The translations under genes were made by a program, and so were the position numbers. 64,000 nucleotides of DNA from positions 480,001-544,000 of the forward strand of contig CAWCKH010000003.1 of NCBI GenBank assembly GCA_963796055.1. The letters are read 5' to 3'. This DNA comes from an uncultured delta proteobacterium (GTDB lineage: Bacteria > Myxococcota > Myxococcia > Myxococcales > Myxococcaceae). The notes under the pieces were generated by a model. It was not told the DNA's origin. It saw only the letters and a program-made list of their open reading frames with translations, and did not search any database. Below, one piece after another: positions 11,949-22,070 of this stretch (positions are counted from its first letter, which is position 1; each line of letters starts with the position of its first letter).

Positions 11949-13868
11949 ATGACCGACACCACCCCCGAGACCCTCCTCGCCGACACCCGTGCCGCCCTGG
12001 CCACCGCCCGCTCCGAGCTGGAGACCCTGCTGGCGGTGACGGGGGCTCGCACCGAGGCCGACACCCTCGGCCCCTACCAGCGTCTGCAGCTGGCGCTCTC
12101 CAACGCGGGGCACCGTGCGGGGCTCCTGTCCGAGGTGCATCCGAACAAGCCGCTGCGGGAGGCGGCCGAGGCCGCGGTCCAGGAGATCAGCGCCTACGCG
12201 ACCGAGCTGTCGCTCCATCGAGGGCTGTACGACGCGCTCGCCTCGGTGAAGGCGGAGGGGCTCGCGCCCGACACCCGGCGGTTCCTGGAGCACACCCTGC
12301 GCGACTTCCGCCGGGCCGGCGTGGACAAGGACGAGCAGACGCGGTCCCGCCTCCGAGAACTGGCCGACCGCGCGGTCCGGCTGGGCCAGGACTTCGACCG
12401 GGCCATCCGCGAGGACGTGCGGAGCGTGTCGCTGCGGCCCGAGCAGCTGGCCGGCCTCCCGGAGGATTACCGGGCCAAGCACAAGCCAGGGCCGGAGGGG
12501 AAGGTGGTCATCACCACCGACTACCCCGACCTGCTCCCCTTCCGGACCTACGCGCGCGATGGCGAGGCACGGCGGCAGCTGTACCTCGAGAACACCTCGC
12601 GGGCGTACCCCGGGAACGAGAAGGTGCTGCGAGACATCCTCGAGGTTCGGGCCGAGCAGGCGCGGCTCCTCGGGATGGCGTCCTGGGCGGACTACGTGAC
12701 CGAGGACAAGATGGCCAAGTCGGGCAGGACGGTGGCCGAGTTCCTGGCCCGGGTGGCGGCGGTGAGCGAGGGCCCGGCGAAGCGCGACGTGGAGCGGCTG
12801 CTCCGGCGCAAGCAGAAGGACGTGCCCTCCGCCACGCGGGTCGAGGACTGGGAGAAGGCGTATTACGAGGAGCGGGTGAAGCAGGAAGAGCTGGGCTTCG
12901 ACTCGCAGTCGGTCCGGCCCTACTTCGAGTTCAACCGGGTGCGCGACGGCCTGCTGACCATCACCTCGCGGCTGTTCGGCATCCGCTACGTCCCGATCAA
13001 GGACCCGGCGGCGTGGCACCCGAAGGTCGAGTCCTACGACGTCTTCCGTGGCGACGAGCGGCTGGGGCGCATCCACCTCGACCTTCACCCGCGGCCGGAC
13101 AAGTACAAGCACGCGGCGCAGTTCCCCATCGTCTCCGGCGTCGCAGCCGTGCAGCTCCCCGAGGGCGCGCTGGTGTGCAACTTCGCCGATCCCGCGGTGC
13201 ACAGCCCGGCCCTGCTCGACCATGACGACGTGGTGACCCTGTTTCACGAGTTCGGGCACCTGATGCACCACGTGCTCGGGGGGCAGCAGCAGTGGCTCGG
13301 ATTCTCGGGCGTGGCGACGGAGTGGGACTTCGTGGAGGCCCCGAGCCAGATGCTCGAGGAGTGGGCCTGGGACCCGGAGACCTTGAAGCTCTTCGCCCGG
13401 CACGTCGAGAGCGACGAGCCCATCCCCGCCGAGCTGGTGCACCGGATGCGGGAGGCGAACGAGTTCGGCAAGGGCGCCCACACCCGGCATCAAGTGTTCT
13501 ACGCCCAGCTTTCGCTGGCACTGCACAGCCAACCGCCGGCGGACATCGACGTCACGCGGACGATGGTGGAGCTGCAGAAGAAGTACAGCCCGTTCCCGTA
13601 CGTGGAGGGCACGCACTTCTTCGCGAGCTTCGGGCATCTCAACGGGTACTCGGCGATGTACTACACGTATCTGTGGTCGCTGGTGATCGCGAAGGACCTG
13701 CTCGGCGAGTTCCAGCGGAACGGCCTGCTCGACGACGCGACCGCGACCCGCTACCGTGACACGGTGCTGGTCCCGGGAGGGAGCAAGGACGCGGCGGATC
13801 TAGTGAAGGACTTCCTCGGGAGACCCTACGGGTTCGAGGCGTTCCAGCAGTGGCTGGAGAAGGTCTGA
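11949..13868 (+). CDS. M3 family zinc metallopeptidase (thimet oligopeptidase-like)
   Basis: LFHEFGHLMH, DFVEAPSQMLEEW, FGHL.GYSAMYYTYLWS. Confidence 0.93.
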   Translation: MTDTTPETLLADTRAALATARSELETLLAVTGARTEADTLGPYQRLQLALSNAGHRAGLLSEVHPNKPLREAAEAAVQEISAYATELSLHRGLYDALASVKAEGLAPDTRRFLEHTLRDFRRAGVDKDEQTRSRLRELADRAVRLGQDFDRAIREDVRSVSLRPEQLAGLPEDYRAKHKPGPEGKVVITTDYPDLLPFRTYARDGEARRQLYLENTSRAYPGNEKVLRDILEVRAEQARLLGMASWADYVTEDKMAKSGRTVAEFLARVAAVSEGPAKRDVERLLRRKQKDVPSATRVEDWEKAYYEERVKQEELGFDSQSVRPYFEFNRVRDGLLTITSRLFGIRYVPIKDPAAWHPKVESYDVFRGDERLGRIHLDLHPRPDKYKHAAQFPIVSGVAAVQLPEGALVCNFADPAVHSPALLDHDDVVTLFHEFGHLMHHVLGGQQQWLGFSGVATEWDFVEAPSQMLEEWAWDPETLKLFARHVESDEPIPAELVHRMREANEFGKGAHTRHQVFYAQLSLALHSQPPADIDVTRTMVELQKKYSPFPYVEGTHFFASFGHLNGYSAMYYTYLWSLVIAKDLLGEFQRNGLLDDATATRYRDTVLVPGGSKDAADLVKDFLGRPYGFEAFQQWLEKV

Positions 13869-13877
13869 GGCGAGCGC

Positions 13878-14330
13878 ATGAACGTCTCTCTCCGTGCTGC
13901 CGTCGACGCCGACTTCGAGGCCTGTCGCCGGACGTACTTCGCGGAGATGGACTGGGTCAACGAGCGCCTGGGCCTGAAGCGAGACGATCAGGAGTCGATG
14001 TTCCGAAAGCTCTGGGATCCCGCCCAGGTATGCATCATCCAGGCGGACGGGGTCGACGTCGGCTGGCTTCAGACCGTCGTGAGCAAGAGCGAGCACATGC
14101 TCGGGCAGATCTTCGTGGATGCTCCGTTCCAGAGAAGAGGCATCGGGACCGAGGTCCTGCGCCGGATCATCGAGGAGGCTTCAGGGCGGGGATTGCCGGT
14201 CCGTCTGGCCGTTGTGAAGTTCAACCCGAGCCGGCGTCTGTACGAGCGCCTCGGGTTCCGCGTCACGCACGAGGACGAGCGCAAAGTCTACATGTCCCGT
14301 GACCCGGACACGGCGCACGACATGCCGTGA
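13878..14330 (+). CDS. GNAT family N-acetyltransferase
   Basis: QRRGIGT acetyl-CoA motif, NPSRRLYERLGF. Confidence 0.88.
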   Translation: MNVSLRAAVDADFEACRRTYFAEMDWVNERLGLKRDDQESMFRKLWDPAQVCIIQADGVDVGWLQTVVSKSEHMLGQIFVDAPFQRRGIGTEVLRRIIEEASGRGLPVRLAVVKFNPSRRLYERLGFRVTHEDERKVYMSRDPDTAHDMP

Positions 14331-14552
14331 CTCCTCGCCACGAGGACAGCGAGTCACCGGGCACCTGTTCGTCATCCGCGGGCTGACGGGCGGCCGCTAG
14401 GCAAGTCTGGGCTCGGAAGGGCGCGCCATTTGCGCGGCGAACATGCCGGGGCGCAATGCATTCGGGATTCAATGCAAAGCCTGCGGCCCTCGGGCCCTTC
14501 CTCGGCCTGCGCATGACCATTGCATCGCGGACCGTTCGAGCGGAGGTAAGCG

Positions 14553-14825
14553 ATGACCATTTTCGCGCTTCTGGGTTGGCAGGTGCTCGGGGTGGTGCTC
14601 GGCGCCGCTATCGCAGTGATCTGGAAGGTCCGTGGCCTCACGGTGATCTCGGGGATCGTCGCGGGCGGCGTCGGCGGGGTAGTGGGCGGACTTCTTGCCA
14701 GGACCCTCTTGCCCGCCGGAACCCTCTTCGAGGTACTGGCCCTGGCCGCCGCCGCCCTGGGCGCGATGGTGGCCCTGTTCATCGTCCGGGCCAGCATCGA
14801 AAGGCAGCGCCAGGGCACCGCTTGA
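14553..14825 (+). CDS. Small membrane protein (GlsB/YeaQ/YmgE-like)
   Basis: GGAGG RBS; 90 aa with 3 Gly-rich TM helices. Confidence 0.65.
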   Translation: MTIFALLGWQVLGVVLGAAIAVIWKVRGLTVISGIVAGGVGGVVGGLLARTLLPAGTLFEVLALAAAALGAMVALFIVRASIERQRQGTA

Positions 14826-14851
14826 GCTGATGCCCGAGGGCACCCGCCGGG

Positions 14852-16855
14852 TCAGGCCCGGACGTCGATCCGGTTGTCGTAGAACGTGCTGCCGCCACCC
14901 GAGTCGCTCAGCCGCTGCGAGGTGAGCCCGTTCACGTTGCGCGCGTTCCCGGCCTGGATGGAGTGCACCCCCTCTGCGACGGCGATCCCCGTAGGCACCG
15001 CCTCGGTCACCTCGAGCACGAACGAGACCTCACCCTGCGCGTTGAATGCCGTGACCCGCTGCCCGCTGGTGAGGCCGCGCGAGGCCGCGTCTGCGGGCGA
15101 GAGCCGGATCGTCTGTGGGCCCAGCTTCGCCGCCAGCTCATGGCGCTCGGTGAAGGAGGAGTTCAGGCGGTAGAGCGATGGCGCGGTCTGGAGCCGCAGC
15201 GGTAGCCCGTTCGTCTCCAGATCGGAATGGGTCGGCACGTGGCGTGGGAGCGGCTCGTCGAGCTGGTCGTTGCGTAGCTGGATCTTACCGGTCGGCGTGA
15301 ACCAGACGCCGCGCGGGGGGTTCAGCCGGACCGCGCGTCCCGCCGCCAGCGCCTCGCGGTCCACCCCCTCGAACCAGGAGGACGAGGCTCTGGAGAGGAG
15401 GAGGTCGATGTGCTCGTCCGCCGACATCGAGAAGACGTCGTCCTTCAGCCCCAGCGCCCGGGCGAGGGTCTGGATGGTGTCCCAGTTGGACCGCGACTCT
15501 CCCAGCGGCGCGATCACCGGCCGAGTGCGCTGCACGTAGAACTGCCCGTAGCTCCGGTACAGGTCCGCGGTCTCCAGCATCGTCGGCGCGGCCAACACCA
15601 CGTCGGCGTAGAGCGCGGTGTCGGTGAGGAAGCGCTCGTGCACCACGGTGAAGAGGTCCTCGCGCGTCAGGCCCTGCAGCACCGCGTTCTGGTCCGGGGC
15701 GACCGCCGCCGGGTTCGAATTGGCCACGAACAGCGACATCACCCTCGGACCGTCGAGCGTGTTCAGGGCGTGACCGAGCCGGTTCATGTTCACCATGCGG
15801 GTCGGCCCGGGGAGCAGGTCGGGGCGGGTGAACGACGTCATGTCGAACGCCACCGCCGTCCCGGTGCTGGACAGGAAGCCTCCACCGTTCTTCGCCCAGG
15901 CCCCGACGGCAGCGGGCAGGCATAGCAGCGCCCGGGTAGAGATCCCCCCGTTGGCGTAGCGAGAGGGAGCGCCTCCCACGCGGATGAAGGGCGCCCGCGC
16001 ACTGCCGTACTCCCTTGCCAGGAGGACGATGTCCTCGACGGACAGCCCGGTGATGGCGGCGACGCGCTCCGGAGCGTGCTCGGGCAGCACCTGCCGCTCG
16101 AGGTCCGTCCACCCGACGGTCTCGCGCGCGAGAAACTCGCGATCGATGAGCTTCTCCCGGGTCATGACGTGCAGCATCCCGAGCGCGAGCGCCCCGTCCG
16201 AACCCGGTCGCACCAGGAAAACGCGGTCCACGTGCGCTGCCGTCGCTTGACGGTGGGTGTCGATGAGAAACGCGCGACCTCCGGCACGGCGCGCGGCCTT
16301 CACCTGCGAGAGAAAGTGGATGTTCGTGGCCAGCGCGTTGATGCCCCAGAGCACCACCAGATCACTCTGCGCGGCGTCGTCGGGATCCGACCCGGGCGTG
16401 GTGCCCATCACCTGCTCCCATCCGGCGTTCTGCGCCGCGGTGCAGATCGTCCGGTCGAGCAGCGAGGCCCCCAGCTTGTGGAACAGCGGGTCCTGGGCAT
16501 TGCGCTGGATGAGCCCCATGGTACCCGCGTAGGTGTAGGGGAGGATGCACTCGCGGCCGTGCGTGGCGATCAGCGCCTGCCAGCGGTCGGCGACGAGCGC
16601 CGCGGCCTCGTCCCAGGACGCGCGGCGGAACGCCCCCTGCCCCTTCGGCCCGGTGCGGATCAGCGGGGTGAGCAGCCGGCCGGGGGCGTGGACCGTCTTC
16701 TCGAATCCATTCACCTTCGGGCACAGCGCTCCGCGGGTGTAACCGTGCTCGGGGTCACCGCGGACGGACCGGACGCTGCTCCCGTCGGTCTCGACGAGCA
16801 GACCACAGGCGTCAGGACAGTCGAACGGACAGGTCGAGCGGTGCGTCACGAGCAT
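14852..16855 (-). CDS. Molybdopterin-dependent oxidoreductase (cytoplasmic, N-terminal Fe-S motif)
   Basis: STCPFDCPDAC...LCPK, VRPGSDGALALG, DTALYADVVL, C-terminal molybdopterin dinucleotide-binding domain; no Tat signal. Confidence 0.9.
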   Translation of the reverse strand: MLVTHRSTCPFDCPDACGLLVETDGSSVRSVRGDPEHGYTRGALCPKVNGFEKTVHAPGRLLTPLIRTGPKGQGAFRRASWDEAAALVADRWQALIATHGRECILPYTYAGTMGLIQRNAQDPLFHKLGASLLDRTICTAAQNAGWEQVMGTTPGSDPDDAAQSDLVVLWGINALATNIHFLSQVKAARRAGGRAFLIDTHRQATAAHVDRVFLVRPGSDGALALGMLHVMTREKLIDREFLARETVGWTDLERQVLPEHAPERVAAITGLSVEDIVLLAREYGSARAPFIRVGGAPSRYANGGISTRALLCLPAAVGAWAKNGGGFLSSTGTAVAFDMTSFTRPDLLPGPTRMVNMNRLGHALNTLDGPRVMSLFVANSNPAAVAPDQNAVLQGLTREDLFTVVHERFLTDTALYADVVLAAPTMLETADLYRSYGQFYVQRTRPVIAPLGESRSNWDTIQTLARALGLKDDVFSMSADEHIDLLLSRASSSWFEGVDREALAAGRAVRLNPPRGVWFTPTGKIQLRNDQLDEPLPRHVPTHSDLETNGLPLRLQTAPSLYRLNSSFTERHELAAKLGPQTIRLSPADAASRGLTSGQRVTAFNAQGEVSFVLEVTEAVPTGIAVAEGVHSIQAGNARNVNGLTSQRLSDSGGGSTFYDNRIDVRA

Positions 16856-16928
16856 CGGTTCTCGGAGTGTGCCCGAGCGCCGCTGCCTCTGCCAGACAGA
16901 GGCGTTTCGCAGGGACGAGCACAGCTGC

Positions 16929-17357
16929 TCAGCGCTGCGGAGCGAGGCCTCGAAGGTCCTCATAGCCGCCGTTGGTGAGCACGGTGACGTCCTTCCAGCC
17001 CTCGGCGACCAGCATCTCTGCCGCCCGGCCCGCGCGGCGGCCGCTGGCGCAATAGAGGAGCACCGGCCGGTCCTTCGGGACCTTCCCGTGCTCGCGGGCG
17101 AAGACGCCGCTGGTGTACGGCATCAGCTCCGCACCCTGGACGTACCCGGCAGCCGTCTCGTTTGGCTCGCGCACGTCGAGGAGCGTGAGCTTCCCGGACA
17201 CACGCGCCCTCTCCAGCTCCGCCTTGAACTGCGCCGGCTCCAGCTTCTTGAGCGGGGCCACGGCTGCCGCCCCGTGCGCGCCTGCATCGGCGGAATCCTT
17301 CGCCCACGACGGCGCGGCGGCGATGATGCCCAGAACAGCCAGCCAGCGCGCCCGCAT
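16929..17357 (-). CDS. Exported rhodanese-like domain protein
   Basis: Signal peptide (..APSWA), LLDVREPNE, LYCASGRRA, GGY. Confidence 0.85.
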   Translation of the reverse strand: MRARWLAVLGIIAAAPSWAKDSADAGAHGAAAVAPLKKLEPAQFKAELERARVSGKLTLLDVREPNETAAGYVQGAELMPYTSGVFAREHGKVPKDRPVLLYCASGRRAGRAAEMLVAEGWKDVTVLTNGGYEDLRGLAPQR

Positions 17358-17890
17358 CAGTACGCCTCCACCACGAACGAGCTCTGTTTCACGATGGTGG
17401 AGCCCGCGCCGTCCTCGAGCCGGAGCGCGACCCCGTAGCGCCCGGGGGGCACCCCCAGCGCGGCCTGGACCTGCGAGGTGCACATGCAGCCCTCGCCGCA
17501 CGGCGTGCCCTCGACCGTCTCGAAGAAGTTCACCTGTTCCTGGGTGCGCTGCACGTAGATCGTCGCCTTGGTGCAACAGGCATGGGTCAGGTTGTGCGCC
17601 ACCCAGACACCCGCCTGTTGGGTGCCGAGCTGCACCTCGGTCGCCGACGGCGCCCGGCTCCCCTGGACCATCGGGGGGAATGCCACCGCATCCTGCTCGG
17701 AGGGGTTCGCAGAGTCGGAGCAGCCGATCACCTTCGCCATGGACTGGTCCGGGCCGAGCGGCGGGGGACGCGGGAGCGGGGGCGGCGGTGGAAGCTGCTG
17801 CTGGGCCGTGTCCGCCCCGGGGTCGTACTTCGCCGACTTGCCGCTCGAGCAGGCCACCGCCAGGACGAAAAGTGGAATCAGACGGCGCAT
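17357..17890 (-). CDS. Cys-rich hypothetical lipoprotein
   Basis: MRRLIPLFVLAVAC lipobox, Pro linker, HACC and CGEGCMC. Confidence 0.75.
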   Translation of the reverse strand: MRRLIPLFVLAVACSSGKSAKYDPGADTAQQQLPPPPPLPRPPPLGPDQSMAKVIGCSDSANPSEQDAVAFPPMVQGSRAPSATEVQLGTQQAGVWVAHNLTHACCTKATIYVQRTQEQVNFFETVEGTPCGEGCMCTSQVQAALGVPPGRYGVALRLEDGAGSTIVKQSSFVVEAY

Positions 17891-18022
17891 GGGATGAGAA
17901 CTCTCCGACATGAGCGAATGGCGGTCCATGTGTGTCCTTCCGGGCATACCGATGAAGAAACGTATGGGTGGGAGTCAAACGCAGCGAAACGCCGAAACCT
18001 TCATCATGAATGCGCGTCCAAT

Positions 18023-18038
18023 CGGCACGTCCGTTGCC
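18023..18038 (+). promoter_or_regulatory. Putative sigma54 (-24/-12) promoter
   Basis: cGGCACG-tccg-TTGCc, exact GG-N10-GC spacing, close to the TGGCACG-N4-TTGC consensus. Confidence 0.65.
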
Positions 18039-18051
18039 TAGGACCTTCGAC

Positions 18052-18219
18052 ATGCACCGCTCTCATCTCTGCAGCCACTGCCTCCGCCGCCGGATTCTCC
18101 TCTGGGCGAGCGCGTTCTTCGTCACCGTCGGCGCCGCCGGAGCGGCCACCTCGGCCGGGTCACACCCCGCGGTCCGGGGTCAAACCGCCCCAGGGCCAGT
18201 CCAGACCGCGTCGCGCTAG
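18052..18219 (+). CDS. Small hypothetical protein (55 aa; HxCxxC plus one hydrophobic helix)
   Basis: MHRSHLCSHCLRRRILLWASAFFVTVGAAG..., directly downstream of the sigma54 motif, ending 6 nt before the ribD stop. Confidence 0.45.
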   Translation: MHRSHLCSHCLRRRILLWASAFFVTVGAAGAATSAGSHPAVRGQTAPGPVQTASR

Positions 18220-18224
18220 GCCGG

Positions 18225-19394
18225 TCAGGCCGGTCCGAACAGGGCCCGGACCTCGAGGTCCTCGCCCAGCCACCGGACCGACTCGACCCTGACCGAGCGG
18301 GCCCCGGCCATCCGGTCCAGCCCCAGCGGACCGAGCCAGGAGAGCCCGTCACCGCCCACCAGCCTGGGCGCCAGGTGCAACACCAGCGCATCCGCCAGCC
18401 CCGACCGGACGAACGCCGCGAAGACCCTGGGGCCCCCCTCCACCAGCACGTGCAGCACGTCGCGCCGGAGCAGCGCCCGCAGCGCCGCCTCGAGGTCCAC
18501 CTCGCCGGGGCGCCCCGGGACGGCCAGGAGCTCGGCCCCGGCCAGCTCCAGCGAGCCGGCCCGCTCTCCCCCCTGCCCCTCCACGTGCACGAGGAGCGTC
18601 CGCGCGCTGGACGACAGATGGAACAGTTGCCGCCCGGGCGACAGCTGTAGCGCCGAATCCAGCACCACCCGCAGCGGGTCGCGTCCTCCACCCTCGGGAA
18701 GCCGGGTGGTGAGCGATGGGTCGTCCGCCTGCACCGTCCCCGCCCCCACGAGCACCGCGTCGACGACGTTCCGGAGTCGGTGCACCTCGGCCCGGGCCGC
18801 CTCCCCGGTCACCCACCGGCTGTCTCCGGAGGCGGTGGCCAGCTTGCCGTCGAGCGACACCGCCGCCTTCAAGGTCACCCACGGGAGGCCGGTGCGCATC
18901 GCCTTGAAGAAGGGCCGGTTGAGCGCATCCGTCTCCTCGGCGAGCACGCCCGTCCACACCGAGATCCCGAGCTCACGCAGCCGCCGCACCCCGCGCCCGT
19001 CCACCAGCGGATTGGGATCGGCGGAGCCGGCGAACACCCGGGCGACCCCGGCGGCGAGGATGGCCTCGGTGCACGGCGGCGTCCGGCCGAAGTGGTCGCA
19101 CGGCTCCAGCGTGGTGAAGAGGTCCGCGCCTCGGGCCCGGGGCCCGGCGTCGGTGATGGCCCGCACCTCGGCGTGCGGTCCACCGGCCGGCGCGGTGTGA
19201 CCGCGGCCGACGATCTGCCCATCGCGCACCACCACCGCGCCCACCGCGGGGTTGGGGTGGGTGCGGCCCAGGGCGAGACGGGCCTCGGCCAGCGCCTCGC
19301 GCATCCAGGCCTCGGCGCCGGGGGGGAGCTCGTCCCGGCGTTCAGTCTTCGAGCCGCCCGCGGGGTCTCCGCGCGGCGTCGGCGCCGTGTTCAT
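18225..19394 (-). CDS. ribD: Bifunctional pyrimidine deaminase/reductase RibD (start uncertain, alternative ATG at 19304)
   Basis: [40 protein letters not shown]. Confidence 0.95.
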   Translation of the reverse strand: MNTAPTPRGDPAGGSKTERRDELPPGAEAWMREALAEARLALGRTHPNPAVGAVVVRDGQIVGRGHTAPAGGPHAEVRAITDAGPRARGADLFTTLEPCDHFGRTPPCTEAILAAGVARVFAGSADPNPLVDGRGVRRLRELGISVWTGVLAEETDALNRPFFKAMRTGLPWVTLKAAVSLDGKLATASGDSRWVTGEAARAEVHRLRNVVDAVLVGAGTVQADDPSLTTRLPEGGGRDPLRVVLDSALQLSPGRQLFHLSSSARTLLVHVEGQGGERAGSLELAGAELLAVPGRPGEVDLEAALRALLRRDVLHVLVEGGPRVFAAFVRSGLADALVLHLAPRLVGGDGLSWLGPLGLDRMAGARSVRVESVRWLGEDLEVRALFGPA

Positions 19395-19839
19395 CGAGTA
19401 GGCCCTTCAGCTCGTCCATGAACTCCTCGATGTCCCGGAAGCTCCGGTACACCGATGCGAAGCGGACGTACGCCACCTGGTCGAGCGCGCGCAACCGGCG
19501 CATCACCTCCTCACCGACGAGGCTGGAAGGGACCTCCTTCTCCCCCCGCTCGAGAATACGTGCTTCCACCTCGGCCACCAGCAGCTCCAGCTGCTCCATC
19601 GACACCGGCCGCTTCTCCACCGCCTTCTGCAGGCCGGAGATGAGCTTCTCCCGGTCGTACGGCTCGCGCCGGCCGTCCTTCTTCACCACCAGCGGCATCA
19701 GCTCCTCCACCCGCTCGTAGGTGGTGAAGCGCTTGTGACAGGCCAGGCACTCGCGCCGGCGCCGGGTCACCGTTCCCTCGGCCGACTCGCGCGAGTCGAG
19801 GACCTTGCTGTCGTCGCGCTTGCAGAAGGGACAGCGCAT
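19342..19839 (-). CDS. nrdR: Transcriptional repressor NrdR
   Basis: [31 protein letters not shown] cone, [10 protein letters not shown]. Confidence 0.97.
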   Translation of the reverse strand: MRCPFCKRDDSKVLDSRESAEGTVTRRRRECLACHKRFTTYERVEELMPLVVKKDGRREPYDREKLISGLQKAVEKRPVSMEQLELLVAEVEARILERGEKEVPSSLVGEEVMRRLRALDQVAYVRFASVYRSFRDIEEFMDELKGLLDEHGADAARRPRGRLED

Positions 19840-19860
19840 TCAGCTCCTGGTGCCTCGGCA

Positions 19861-21114
19861 CTAAAGCCGCGAGGCGTAGAGCGGGAAGCTCTTCGCCAGC
19901 TCGTGCACCTTTCCCGCCACCCGCGCCAGCACCGCCTCGTCCGTGGGGTGATCCAGCGCCTCGACGATCAGCCCGCCCACCGTGGCCATCTCCGCCTCCT
20001 TCATCCCGCGGGTGGTGAGGGCCGGCGTCCCGATGCGGATGCCCGAGGTGACCATCGGCTTCTCGGGGTCGAAGGCGATCATGTTCTTGTTCACGGTGAT
20101 CGCCGCCTTGCCCAGCACCGCCTCGGCGACCTTTCCAGTGAGCTTCTTCGGGCGGAGATCCACCAGCATGAGATGGGTGTCCGTCCCGCCCGAGACCAGC
20201 CGCAGACCACCCCGCTGCAGCGCCTCGGCCAGCGCCTTGGCGTTGGCCACGATCTGCCGCTGGTAGGCCGCGAATTCCGGCTGGAGCGCCTCGTGCAGGG
20301 CGACGGCCTTCCCGGCGATGACGTGCATCAGCGGCCCGCCCTGGATGCCGGGGAAGATGTTGCTGTTCACGCCCTTGATGAATGGCTCCTTCGCCAGGAC
20401 CATTCCGCCCCGCGGCCCCCGGAGCGTCTTGTGGGTAGTCGTGGTGACCAGCTCGGCCAGCGGGACCGGCGAGGGGTGGAGCCCGGTCGCCACCAGCCCG
20501 GCGATGTGGGCCATGTCCACGACGAGGACGGCTCCGACCGAGTCGGCGATCTCGCGGAAGGCCGCGAACTCGAGCACCCGTGGATAGGCCGAGGCGCCGA
20601 CCACGATGATCTTCGGACGATTCTCGCGGGCGAGCGACTTCACCTGCCCCAGGTCGATTCGCTCCGTCGCGCGGTCCAGCCCGTAATGCACCACCTTGTA
20701 GAGCTTTCCGGAGAAGTTGAGCGACATCCCGTGCGTCAGATGCCCGCCGGAGTTCAGGTCCAGGCTGAGCATCGTGTCGCCCGGCTGCATGACCGACATG
20801 TACGCGGCCATGTTGGCCTGGCTGCCGGAGTGGGCCTGGACGTTGGCCGCCTCGGCGCCGAAGAGCTTCTTCGCCCGCTCGATGGCCAGGGTCTCCACCT
20901 GGTCCACGACCTCGCATCCGCCGTAGTAGCGCTTGCCTGGGTACCCCTCGGCGTACTTGTTGGTCAGGGTCGACCCCACGGCCTCCATCACCGCCGGGCT
21001 GACGAAGTTCTCCGAGGCGATGAGCTCGAGCCCCTCCTCCTGGCGCTCGGTCTCCTTGCGGACCAGGGCGGCGATCTCCGGGTCCACCTGGGCGAGGGTG
21101 CGGGTGTTCTCCAT
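19861..21114 (-). CDS. glyA: Serine hydroxymethyltransferase
   Basis: [30 protein letters not shown]. Confidence 0.98.
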   Translation of the reverse strand: MENTRTLAQVDPEIAALVRKETERQEEGLELIASENFVSPAVMEAVGSTLTNKYAEGYPGKRYYGGCEVVDQVETLAIERAKKLFGAEAANVQAHSGSQANMAAYMSVMQPGDTMLSLDLNSGGHLTHGMSLNFSGKLYKVVHYGLDRATERIDLGQVKSLARENRPKIIVVGASAYPRVLEFAAFREIADSVGAVLVVDMAHIAGLVATGLHPSPVPLAELVTTTTHKTLRGPRGGMVLAKEPFIKGVNSNIFPGIQGGPLMHVIAGKAVALHEALQPEFAAYQRQIVANAKALAEALQRGGLRLVSGGTDTHLMLVDLRPKKLTGKVAEAVLGKAAITVNKNMIAFDPEKPMVTSGIRIGTPALTTRGMKEAEMATVGGLIVEALDHPTDEAVLARVAGKVHELAKSFPLYASRL

Positions 21115-21196
21115 GGCCGGCCTCATAGCAGAGGCCCCGGACGGCTGCCGCCCCGCTCGCAGGCGGCCGTCCAGCAATGCGAGACTCCGGGACCCC

Positions 21197-22069
21197 GTGG
21201 ACGACCAGGACGCCGAGCTCGCCCGCATCCGCCAGGCCATCGAGGCACTGGACCGCTCGCTGCTGGCGCTGCTCCGCGAAAGGCAGCTGCTGGGTCAGCA
21301 GGCCGCCCGCGCGAAGATCGCCGCCGCGGTGCCCCTCCGCGACCCGGTGCGAGAGGAGGTCGTCCTGCGCCGCGCGCGGGAGACGGCGACCGAGCTGGGG
21401 CTCGATGCGCACCAGTCGGAGCGGCTCTACCGGCTGATCATCGACATGTCGGTCTCGCAGCAGCAGACCCACCTGCTCGAGCTGGAGACGGTGCCGCTCC
21501 GGGTGGCCTTCCAGGGGGTGGAAGGCAGCCCGGGACAGCGGGCGGCGCAGGCGCGCTACGGGGGGCGGCGCGGGGGAGCGCTGCTCGAGGGTCACCCCAC
21601 CCTGGCCGAAGCCGTGGAAGCGGTGCGCTCGGGACGGGCAGACGTGGCGCTCTTGCCGCTGGAGAGCACCGAGGAAGGCTCGACCCGGACCATGGACCTC
21701 CTCGCCGAGGCAGGCCTGGTGATCAGCGGCGAGCAGCTCCAGCACGGTGGCGAGCACTACACCCGCTACGTCGAGATCGGCCGCGAGCCGCCCGCGGTTC
21801 CCGAGGACGTGCCCTGCAAGACCTCGGTCATCGTGACCCTGGCCGACCGCGCCGGCGCCCTGGGGGAGGTGCTCCAGTCGTTCGCGCGGCAGGGCGTGAA
21901 CCTCACCCGGATCGAGTCGCGACCCATGCCGGGCACGCCGCCGCGGTTCCGCTTCTTCATCGACATGGAGGGACACGCCGCCGGGCAGCACGTCGCGCGG
22001 GCGCTGGAAGAGGCCCGGGCACACGCCGAGGTCCGGGTGGTGGGCTCGTATCCGGCGCACGGGGGCTGA
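21197..22069 (+). CDS. pheA: Chorismate mutase - truncated prephenate dehydratase - ACT domain protein (PheA-like)
   Basis: AroQ CM domain (R..IEALDR.LL.LL.ER, RDPVRE); PDT start (VAFQG..GS, LPLES..G) jumping directly to YTRY; ACT domain (GALGEVL..F...[10 protein letters not shown]). Confidence 0.85.
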   Translation: MDDQDAELARIRQAIEALDRSLLALLRERQLLGQQAARAKIAAAVPLRDPVREEVVLRRARETATELGLDAHQSERLYRLIIDMSVSQQQTHLLELETVPLRVAFQGVEGSPGQRAAQARYGGRRGGALLEGHPTLAEAVEAVRSGRADVALLPLESTEEGSTRTMDLLAEAGLVISGEQLQHGGEHYTRYVEIGREPPAVPEDVPCKTSVIVTLADRAGALGEVLQSFARQGVNLTRIESRPMPGTPPRFRFFIDMEGHAAGQHVARALEEARAHAEVRVVGSYPAHGG

Positions 22070-22070
22070 G

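Noticed and set aside
14395..14530. Fragments resembling a c-di-GMP-I riboswitch (GCAAAGCC..CGG), a TGCATT-N8-AATGCA repeat and a degenerate sigma54 site
   Set aside because: The GNRA-capped P2 stem and correct motif order are missing, and the -24 GG is absent. A covariance-model search would be needed.
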